A stretch of DNA of 64,000 nucleotides from Glaucostegus cemiculus (taxonomy: Eukaryota), in assembly GCA_976551045.1 (NCBI GenBank), contig CDPCPM010000029.1, positions 11,284,001 to 11,348,000 of the forward strand, written 5' to 3'. This document shows positions 50,633-61,545 of the stretch, in pieces. A program made the position numbers and the translations under genes. Position 1 is the first letter of the stretch, and every line of letters starts with the position of its first letter. The notes under the pieces are model-generated. The model was not told where the DNA came from. It saw only the letters and a program-made list of their open reading frames with translations, and made no database searches.

Positions 50633-51590
50633 ATATTCCCAATTCATCCCAAACTAAGTACAAATTGATTGCTCTTGAGTTAAAATTGAGTGAAGATTGT
50701 GTTTCACAGCTGTTTGTTGCAATTACCACTTGCAGTACTTTACAACCATTATAATGTTTTTAAATGGCTAAGCAGGTTTTTGTTTAAGAATGTTTAATGT
50801 TAGAGAAAAATTTTAATCATAAAGAAAACAATGTAAATGATCCTTTCATCAAATAGTTGGAATGCAGCATGAGTGATTTTTCAAAATTCACTAAGGAGAT
50901 ATAATTAAATAACCAAACATTAAAAATACATCACTTTCCAAAGCTCTTCACTTGTCATTTTCATGAGACACATTAACTGTAACTCTTATTCATCCACTAA
51001 AATTATATCAGAATCACTGAGATTCCTACATAGAAAATAGGATGAGATACAGCACTGATTGTTTTGAAAGCTACCCACTGAAGCTTAGTATGAATAATAG
51101 CAGCATTCTGTTAACTTGTTTGCTTGTTGAATATGTATGAAGCCTAAAACCAATAGTTGCAGAACAAATTGATAAGGGTGTTTAAGTTATAATGAAATAG
51201 TTTGTTCTGTTCCTGGCAAATAAATTGTTGAACTAATGTTAAACAGGTACGGGTGCTGCAGTGAGCTCCATGCTCACTGGTGTCTGAGCAGAAGAGGTGT
51301 CAAATGTGCCAGGGACATGTTGATAGTAATTTGAGCAAAAAAATGAAAATATGTTTAAAATGTATTTTTTTCCAGGTGAAAACTGAAGACCTAAGCCTCC
51401 CAAGCATGTTCTACCATTGTTCCCTCACTGGATAGGTTTGGGTTGGAAAGAGAAACTACACCATTACTCATATCTGAAACAAAGAAGCAGAAAGGGCCTG
51501 ATCTGTCACAGAAACAGCAGTTTTTTAATATGAACTCACCACATTATTTTTTATGGTTACTGTTGATATTGTTCTTTGTGGATTTATTAG

Positions 51591-51696
51591 CCTGTAACTT
51601 CTACCTGACGGAAGAGGAGAGAAGAGAGAATGACCCGAGTGGGTGGGGTCCAGAAGTTACAGGAACCTGAGGGCACATACCACCAGACTTAAGGAC
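51591..51696. mobile_element. Fold-back fragment of a Rex1-like LINE
   Basis: 51591-51651 is the reverse complement of 52421-52474 (plus 7 bp); 51652-51696 is a direct copy of 52463-52507. Confidence 0.9.
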
Positions 51697-51949
51697 CTTT
51701 GTAGATTTATTATAAAACTGGATTTATTAGCCAAATTCTAATAGGATCTATCCACAGTTGATAAAAAAAAAACTTCTCATACTACAGTCATGCTAACATC
51801 ACTGGTAAGAACATTTTTTAGCAAAATAACTCTAAGGAAAAGTAAATTCTGCTTGGAAAAATATGGTTCAATAAAACAGCCAGCATAACCTTACCTCTCA
51901 AAGGCAAATGGTGTTTAACCAATAAGATTGAGTGCTTCAGTGAAGTAAT

Positions 51950-54140
51950 GAGAAAGTTGATGGCAATAGGGTATTTGATATTGTCCTGAAGGACATCCAA
52001 AAAAACATTTGGTGAAGTTCTGCATAATAGCTATGTTAGTAAATTTAAAACTCTTTCAATTAAAGAGGCTACAGTAACATGGATGAAAAATAGGTTAAGG
52101 AATAGAAAGCAAGGGTGATTGGGAAAGGTGGTTTCACCAAACTAAAGTACATAGTGGTGTTCCCTGTGATTGATATTAGGACTATTGCTCTTTCTAATGT
52201 ATTGAGTTACACAGGGTATAATTTCAATTTTTTACATGTTAAGCAAATGTAGACAATAAGAAACATGGCCAGTAACAAGTTTTAGGAGAACAATAACAGA
52301 ATTAACAAATGAAATATAACACAGCAAGAATTAAATTGTGCACCTTTGTGGGAAAGGAAAAGGGAGGCAATATAAGTTTAGTACAAATTAAAGAGTGCAA
52401 GGGAAAGAGAGAGGGTGCAAGGACCCCACCCACTCGGGTCATTCTCTCCTCTTCCGTCAGGTAGAAGTTACAGGAACCTGAGGGCACATACCACCAGACT
52501 TAAGGACAGCTTCTACCCCGCTGTGATAAGACTATTGAACGGTTTCCTTATACAATGAGATGGACTCTGACCTTACAATCAACCTTGTTGTGAACTTGCA
52601 CCTTATTGCACTGCACTTCCTCTGTAGCTGTGACACGTTACTCTGTAATGTTATTGCTTTTACCTGTACTACATCAATGCACACTGTACTAACTCAATGT
52701 AAATGCACTGTGTAATGAATTGACCTGTACGATCGATATGCAAAACAAGTTTTTCACTGTACCTCAGTACAAGTGACAATAATAAACCAATACCAATACC
52801 AGTATGAAAGTGGTAGGACTAATTGAGAGGGGTGTTAAAAAGTAAGTAAGTTTCTAGCCTTTATAAATAAAGACACAGAGTTCAAAGACTTAGAGGTTAT
52901 GCTGAACTTCTATAAATCCGGTGTAGGACTCATGTGGCGTACAAGCCTGAATGTTCCCATGTAAGAGAGAAGTTCCAATAGTGAACCTGGAATTTGGGAC
53001 TTGTGCACATGCCAAGGGGATTTTAAGGCCCTGTCAAGCTCCATGACATATTAATAGGCTGGGGTCCCAGCTGGGTGAGGAGGTCTCTGGAGCAGTCACA
53101 GGACCAGTTAGTGGTGGTAGGGGAAGGGGTGGTGCATGGCAGCATCTGATCAGGGAGTGTCTGATTTCTGGAGGCAGTCCATTCTCCATCTCCAGGCAGG
53201 GATGGAGAGTTTGTTTCTGGTGTAATCCAGAGTGTGGGGGAAATGGAGTTTCATATGAGATCTGATGAGGTAGAACTCGGGGACCTAGTAAGGACATTTC
53301 TCATTCCTCCTTGCAGGCAGGGAGTGTTGCAAAGGCACTTCCTGAGCTTGATTTTGTTTCACTGCTGCTGTTAGGATTCCTGGGAGCTGCTACGCTGGCC
53401 ACCCACGGTACAACTTGCAAAGTCCAACAACTCAGAATCTTACTGCCTCAGTAATGTTTTTTAAATTGCCAACCCACCTCCTGGGAAAAGTTTGCCTGCT
53501 CATTCCTTGTCCTACTTCAGTAACATCCTGAAGCTGATGGGTTAGAAACAGCTTACCAACCATGAAGTTAACTTCCCCAGTTTTAACCTTCCCAACCCAT
53601 TGCCGCCTACTGATCCAAAATACTGGCCAATCAAATTCCCTCTACTTTGTCTAACTATAGATACTATGTTTTGGGAAATGTGTCAAGGTCTTTGAGAGGG
53701 TGCAGAGATTTACTAGGGGGTTACCAGTGTGACAGGGTTTCAATTATGTGGCGAGAAAGGAACAGCTTAGATATTTGCCCTACAGCAAAGAGTGCAAAGT
53801 AAAGGTTTGACAGAGATGCTCATAATCATGAAAGGTTTTAATAAACTAATGAGGAGAAACTTTTCAGTGGAAGAATATTTGTTCACCAGAAGGCACAAAT
53901 TTAAGATAAACAGCTGAAGGAATAGAGGGAACTACTCTTCATAAAAGTAATCAGGATTGCATGCCTGAAAGAATGATTGAAGTAGAAGCATCAGTTAGTA
54001 TGAAAAGATAATTGGATAAACACTTGAAAGCTGAAAAACTGGATGTAAAGAGGACAGTGGGATTAATCCAATGGATCCTTCAAAGAGTTGGCACAAGAAC
54101 AAATGGGCTGGATACCTCCTTCTTTTCTACGTTATTATAG
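51950..54140 (+). mobile_element. Old CR1 LINE interrupted by Rex1-like (52421-52800) and unidentified (about 52930-53640) inserts
   Basis: Degraded RT pieces at 51950-52420 and 52800-52930, and a 3' end at 53640-54140. Confidence 0.6.
52421..52800 (+). mobile_element. Rex1/Babar-like LINE 3' end
   Basis: Homologous to 37308-37670; ends in aataaaccaataccaatacc. Confidence 0.9.
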
Positions 54141-55619
54141 GATTCTGCTGAGATTCCATCCACTGATGGTGAACATTTGCGGTTTAAAAGTGCATAAACC
54201 AAGAGCTGATCTCTGGATTTAAAACTGTGCACACATTCTGTGCACACTTATGAGAGTTTATTCAATGGATTTAAAACTGTGCACACTTAACCTAGAGGTT
54301 CTCTGGTCTTGACCACCATTTTCTTTAAGAGGACCTCTTTGCTGAGAGCATGATTGCAATTCATTTTAATATATGCTTGCTAAGATAAATGGAAAGTAGT
54401 TTATTTGCCGTATTCTTGATATTCTTTAACCATGTCTTTAAGTATCACTAGTTCAGTAACTGCAGGTTGGAAAAAATTGGTTGGAATTTGCATAGTCCAA
54501 GCTTATATCAAGTTTATATCGGAGTTCTAAAACAGGCATTCTGCCATGATCAGCATATACAACGGCCAAATGTCTGTTTAAAGCTGGTACCCAGGATGTC
54601 TATTCACCACCCAATCCAAATTAGTATTCACTGCAAAGTAGGTAAATGTCAAAAATATGTAGTTTTCACACTCTTTTTATATCGAACTGCACTTAAAAGC
54701 AATCCAATTTCTTCATTTATAATGCTATTGATGTGGCAGAACTTTAGATTAGAAAAAAAGAATAAAATAAGGAAAAAGAGAGGATGGAAAAGTGATGAAG
54801 CTTATGCCACAACTCCATGTTCCCTGCGGAGAGGGCCTCTCAAAGAAAATAATGGAAAAGAGGAGGGGGAGAGGAGATTGGGGTTAAATGTGTTTATTGT
54901 TGTACTCCATTCTTAGTAGAATGAATGCCTTTGACAAAATAACAGAGAATGGTATTTCACAGAATCCTAGCAATATGTTTGATACACAGCATTTTATGAT
55001 CTATCAACTAATTTGATTCTAATGATTTCTGAAATATGAGGCAAGTGTGGCTCTGACAATCTTATACAAGGGCAGAAAGGAAAAAAATGGATTGAAGCAA
55101 AGATGTCAATCACATTTACTTAAAGCAAACTATAAAAATCATTGCAAAAATGTATTATTCTTCACAGCTGCCAGTATGGCTTTGACATTTCTGTACAAAT
55201 TCATGAGTAAGTGTAGAGCAGCTGGTATTCAGACCCTATTTTCTTTTCAGTAGCTCTGAACATGATTGTGGCTGTGAGTTATTCAGAATGCTCCTGTCTT
55301 TCCTCATTAGATTTGCAAGGAATGAGAAAAAAGAGAGCTAATGCCACCGGCTCCTTTTCAATTGAGGAAACATCTTCAAAACTAAGGCTCTTGAATTAAT
55401 CTGAAGGAAGCTTGTTTTTGAGGGTATGGTTTTCCTAACAATGTGCCAATCTAGTTTGTTTAAATTGCAACTAACATCAGTTTCTACTCACAAGATCCGT
55501 TCCATCCAAACTATTTTAATCCTCCTCCCCATCAACCTTGTTTCATGATGTATGTCCAATTGCTACTATTGAGGGCTTTTGCAGAGGAAAAGGCACTTGC
55601 AATACAGGCATCCCGACTT

Positions 55620-55895
55620 TAGAACATAGAACTTAGAATAGTACAGCACAGGAACAGGCCGTTCAGCCCACAATGCTGTGCCGAACTCATTAACTAGTAA
55701 TTGCACACCTAACTAAACTAGTCCCTACTGCCTACACAATGTCCATATCCCTCCACTCTCTGCACATTCATGTACCTATCTAAGAGTTTCTGGGTTCATC
55801 ATTTGAGCCTTCACTACCACCCCTGGCAGCACATTCCAGGCACCCACCACTCTCAGTGTAAAAAATTGCCCTTCAGATCTCCTTTGGACTTTCTA
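55620..55895 (-). mobile_element. CR1 3' end
   Basis: Reverse complement of the 50350-50632 tail. Confidence 0.88.
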
Positions 55896-57479
55896 TGTGT
55901 ATCACGCTAAAAAATAATGGATTCATTCCTAACATGCCTGCATATGTGAATTTGTCATCTCTGCCAGCTTACTGAGTGAAAAAGGCTCCTCTTGCCAAAA
56001 CTCAGCAAAGATTTGCCATGATATTTTGGCAAATGTTTGTGCAGCACTTCAAATTCCCTTCCAGTGTGGCAGCTGCTGGAACCCACTTTGCTAAAGTCGT
56101 GCTGACAATGTTCAAAAGGTTTGCAGTAGGGAGTGAAATTAAAACATTTCACTCCATCTCGCAAACAGTAAGAGAAATTTGAGGTAAGAAAGTGGAAGAC
56201 TTTATTAGCCAGAATATTTTTTTCTATCAGTCGAATAACAAGATCCCTCTTGAAATATCTTTTCTCTCTCATATCTCAAATCAGAATTATATACAGTAAT
56301 CAGCACAGCTTCTATTGGATATAAGAAGATCTAATGACTGAACAATAACATTTGATAATTAGGCCTAATGGTGCTAAAAAGCAGAGTAGATAAGTTGATT
56401 GAATGTTCCACAAAACTGAAAGGATCAACTTTAATCATGCAAGGAGGTGACTTGTACTTCCCAAGCCAGTTAAAATCCTAGGATTCAATTAAATAAGCAC
56501 CAAAACCAGTGTGAATAAAAGTTGGGTTGACAAACGGAAACAGACCAAGTGGAAGCTCAAGAATAATGGAGACACATGGGAGCAGTTCACAGAATAAAGT
56601 TAGCACTGGGAATGGATCGAGATGGAGCTGCTGGTGTTGGAAGAGAGCAGGTGATCTCCTGTCAGATTATGCTGCCAGGTCTGACACTATAGGGTTGGGG
56701 TGGCACCGGAATTAATGCCATCCAGTTGCCACCATTTAATGGAATGCTAATCACTCGCCTGCCTGTGGTGGGTGCTGCTACTGTGAGAGGACGGGGCAAG
56801 AGCACCTGACATTGACAATAATCTGCCAGGATCAAACTACCAAACACACTTCCCAGTGGCTCTCCTCTTCCCCACCGATGTAGCTCCCACCTTGTACATT
56901 CCTGGCATGTGCTGCTGCCATGGTTGCTGAATCTTGCAGTGCATCGGGAGGTGGTCTATGTTAATGATAACTACAGCATTAAATGATCTCTGGAAGATAC
57001 CTGGAGCTTCAGAACATCTTAAATCCTGACTGAAGAATAACAACCACCACATGTGCTTATAACATACATACTATTAAATCTCAGGCACATGTTACTCATT
57101 TACATATTTACATAACATATACTCCAAGAGAGGTTGCATTTTCTTGCCCAAATTCAGCAGGAAAAGAATTAGTCTTATCAACCTACAGGAGTGAAAATGT
57201 ACGAACAGTGCATTGGGGTGTGGAGCAGTCACCTTGAACTTCTGTGAGGGTTCTCCAGTCCTTTGCCAAAAACACTGGAGAAATAGCATTGTTGCTTAAT
57301 ATTAATCATTTATATAAGTCTGCAGGGCTCTCCCAAACTCGTCTCCTTAATCTGAACTCCTTGGAAATTCCATGCATCAAAAATAATTCAGGGATCAAAC
57401 TACCCAGCTGAAGATGGAGGCCTACTCTTTAAAAGGATTATATTTAGTGCCCTTCATACTAATAAGAAATTGTAGGGGG

Positions 57480-57738
57480 AGATTCCTTAGGGACATTTAA
57501 GGGACTCTTAGAAAGACATGTGAATAGACAATAGATAATAGACAATAGGAGCAGAAGTAGACCATTCGGCCCTTCGAGTCTGCTCCGCTATTTTGAGATC
57601 AAAATCAATTTTGAGATGATAGAGAAATGGAGGGCTATGTGGAAGGGAAGGGTTAGATAGATCTTAGAGTAGGATAAAATGTCAGAGCAACTTTGTGGGC
57701 CGAAGGGCCTGTACTGTGCTGTAATGTTCTATGTTCTG
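57480..57738 (+). mobile_element. CR1 3' end with a small antisense CR1-tail insert (about 57525-57600)
   Basis: Homologous to 15285-15447; the insert is agacaataggagcagaagtagaccattcggcccttcgag. Confidence 0.85.
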
Positions 57739-58349
57739 TGTAAGAAGAAAGAATAATCCAGGGAGAATTAAAATGCCAAAGCAAGACCATGGACTGAGAA
57801 GGCCTCCTGATCCAAGCAGCAGAACTTCATTATTGTTTGGTTGGATTCATTTCTGCCTGGCAACCAGCCAAATGGAAAGAGTGTCTGGCAGCAGGAACAT
57901 GACAAAGGTGACCAAGGCTTTAGTTGGAGACGGTCTCTGTTAATCAGGGTTGTTTCCCCTACCCCATTCTAACCACTGATCCCAGCTTCCCTTCTCCTCA
58001 ACTGCAGCCTCTCTCCTGCTTTCTCATCAAGGCAGTTTTCCCACCTCCCAGTCATGGCTTCTCTCCTCCATTTCCAATCACTGTGTACTACTGACAAGAT
58101 ACATGTCAGGCAAGTGATGTACAAGTCAGGCAAGTGGCCATTCCCACCCATTTTTCCTCTCTGTGTTCCCTAACTAGGATAAACAGTTTTGATATGTCTT
58201 GTGTGTTCAGTTTATATCAGCTGGTAGATTATAAATAAAGCCCACATTCTAGATGAATAATTAACCCACAAAAACATTGTAATCGTGCAATACGTTAATG
58301 GAAGTGATAACATTGTTGCTGAACTGAGCCCTTGTGTATATTCCTTGCA

Positions 58350-59240
58350 TCTCCATCTTTCTATGACAATTTGTCTTAATCTCAATAAGTGTGAGGTGAT
58401 GTGTTTTGGGGGGATTCTAATTGGATATGACAAAGACCAAGAATGGCAGGACCATAGGGAATATTGAGGAACAGAAGGACTTTGGTCTGCATATCCAAAG
58501 ATCCTTAAATATGACAGGTAGAAAAGGTGTTGAAACGGCATATGATTAGATTAGATTAAATTAGATTAGATTATTGTCATATACACCAGGGTGCAATGAA
58601 ATTCCTTGTTCACATGATGGGATACTGGCCTTCATTAAAGTGGGGTATAGAATAGAAGAGCATGAAAGTCATGTACAACTTTATAAGTAATTGGGTTGGG
58701 CCACAGTAATTGAGTTTTGTGTGCCTTTCTGGTCACTGCACTATAAGAAGAATGTGGAGAGGGTGCAGAGGAAATTCACCAGATTGTAGCCTGGGATGGA
58801 ATGATTCAGTAATAAAGAGAAACTGGAGAGGCTGGGTTTGTTTTCCTTGGGCCAGAGGTCGCTGAGGGAAGCCCTGATAGAGGTACACAAAATTATGAGG
58901 TTCATATATAGGTTGGATAATGAAGAATAACGAACTGCACAGCTTTAAAGTGAGTGGTGAGAAAGTTAGAGTGAATCTGAGAAAACATGTTTTTACTCAA
59001 AAGGTGATTACAGTCTGGAATGCTGTGCCTGAGAAGCGGTGGAGGAAAGTACTTTCAGGACATTTTAAAAACATCTGGACGAGCTTTTGAATCTCCAGTA
59101 CATTAAAGGCAGGTAAATGGGTTAATCAGTGTAGTTGGGTGGTGGTAAATGAGATTGATATAGCTAGGTACTTGATGGTTGACATGGACATGGTGGACTG
59201 TAGATCCTGTTCCTGTGCTCTCTGTTTGACTCTGACTCTA
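58350..59240 (+). mobile_element. Decayed CR1 with a short antisense LINE-tail insert (about 58545-58617)
   Basis: LNKCEVMCFG..; gagaaactggagaggctgggtttgttttccttgg. The insert begins with (attag)n. Confidence 0.8.
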
Positions 59241-59849
59241 TTACTTGCTACATGCTTTTGGCAACATTTATTCATCAACCAACATCACTCTTTTCAGGGT
59301 TTTGTAATGCCATAATCGCTTATTTAAAAGCTGCAAAGGAAAGCATCATATATTTTGAGATGAATGATGACATGTCACATCTGAATCCATTTCTTGTTTT
59401 TGAAGAAACAATTAGACATTAAAAGTGAATTATTTTGCTTGGGGATTAACGGTGTGCACCAAATGTTTACCAATTGGAAGAGGCTACATAAATAAACCAT
59501 TTGAAGCAATTGTGTGTTTTAAGAGAAGTTGTATGTAGCTTATTGCTGAATTAAAGTGACAGAGGCTTTCATTCACCACAAGATGCATTATTTATCATTC
59601 ATCAAGGATTTCAAGACTATTCCCCTCAACATACGACTGCTAAATGGATAAAGCACATCAGAAATTTACCTTCACTGAATATGATGTCACACCAGTCCCC
59701 CCAGCCATAACATCAGCAAAAGAAATTGGAAAAAGAAACATTTAGAATCTACCAGGATTAAGAGGTTAACAGTTAACAATTAGGCTATGATAGAAATATT
59801 TCATTTCTTGTATTTTTTAAAACCTATTAATGATTTTCAAGAGCAATTA

Positions 59850-60110
59850 TTCAGAATCAGAATCAGAATCAGTTTTTATTGTCACAACCATATACATACA
59901 TAGTATGCATAAGAGCAAGATACCGTCCTCCTCAGGTGCTCGTCCCATTGAATAACAACCAACAGAGACACACAGACACACTTAACAGAATAAACATTAA
60001 AAAACATTAAACATTAAAAACTACGGAAGTTAAAATTAAATTAATATGCAGATTAAATTAAAAATGGCCTGTAAATAAATAAATAGTTATTAAAGTGAAC
60101 GGGCTGGTGG
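59850..60110 (-). mobile_element. Unclassified LINE 3' UTR with (tctgat)n tail
   Basis: (cagaat)3 followed by tttattgtc, which is the reverse of aataaa plus a simple-repeat tail. Confidence 0.45.
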
Positions 60111-60611
60111 CGGGCGAAAGTTAAAATCCTCACACAAAAAAAATCCATTCATCTCTTTTAAACAAACCATTCCCAATATTAACATATCTCATTATCAGTG
60201 TAAAGAATACAAATTAGATTTATGAGTATACTTTAAGAGAAGAAAAATCTCAAGAAATAATGATGAGCTGTTCTAGAAGACTGGTTTAAGCAACCTGTTC
60301 ATCTCTGGTCTTTTTAAAGGATCATCAACTACTTTCAGGTTAGTTACTGAGTGCTCATTCACTCCAGCTAGCACTTGCTGCTTCCAGTATTTTAAGGTTG
60401 CCACAGTCCACAGGGAGTGGTACACCAGGAGCCAGAGGAGTTTGTCTTGCCTACACCCTAAATCAACTTGTATCAAACACCTCTCCAATGATTTCAAAAC
60501 AATGTGAAGTGCTTCTGCAGGAGTACTGGAGAGAGGAAGGTGTTGCAAACATAATTACTACTTCTCCACCTCTCTTGCCAATGTTAGTTTCTAACGGGGT
60601 AATTGTTCATG

Positions 60612-61545
60612 GTCATAGAATCATAGAGTTATGCAGCATGGAAACAGGCCCTTCAGCCCAACTGGTCCATGCCGACCGATACGCCATATCCAAGCTAGTT
60701 CCATTTGCCAGCATTTGGCCCATAACCTTCTAAACATTTTTAATCCATGTAACTGTCCAACTGACTTTTAAAAGTTGTTATTGTGCCTGCCTCAGTTACT
60801 TCCTCTGTCAGTTCATTCCATATGAATACTGCCTCTTTTGCAAAAAGTTGTCCCTCTAGCTTCTATCGAATCTTTCCCCTCTCACCTTAAACCTATGCCC
60901 CCCTAGTTCTTGATTCCCCAACCCTGGGAAAAAGACTGAGTGCATTCACCCTGTCTGTGCCCCTCATGATTTTGTACACCTCTATAAGATCCATCTCTCA
61001 TTCTCCTATGTCTGATGAATAAAGTCCTGACCTGTCCAATCTCTCTCTGTAACTCCATCTCTCAAGTCCTAGCAATGTTCTTGTAAGTCTTTTCTGCTTC
61101 TTTCCAGTCTAATAACATCTTTCCTATAGCAGGGCAACCAAAACTGAACACAATACTCCAGGTGCAGTCTCACCAGTATCCTGTACAACTGCACCATGAC
61201 CTCTCAACCTTTATATTCAATGCTCTGACTTATGAAGGCCAGCATACCAAAAGTCTTCTTAACTACCCTGTCTACCTGTCACTCCACTTTCAGTGAACCA
61301 TGTACTTGTACTCCAAGGTCCCTCTGTTCTATAACACTCCTCAGGGCCTTACAATTCACTGTGAACGTCCTACCTAGATTTGATTTTCCAAAATGCGACA
61401 CCTCGCACTTATCTGAATTAAACTCCATTTGCCATTCCTCAGCCCACTTACTCAGCTGATCAAGATTCCCCAGGAATTTTTGATAACCTTCTTCATTGTC
61501 CATTTTTTCACCTATTTTAGTGTCATTTGCAAACTTACTAACCAA
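60612..61545 (-). mobile_element. CR1 LINE (RT end and 3' tail)
   Basis: VSKFANDTKIG..DQLSKWAEEWQMEFNSDKCEVSHFGKSN..EQRDLGVQVHGSLKV; tail gtcatagaatcatagag. Confidence 0.93.

Noticed and set aside
54467-54916. 149-aa ORF
   Set aside because: Non-ATG start, low-complexity purine-rich 3' half and no recognisable domain; likely a chance ORF.
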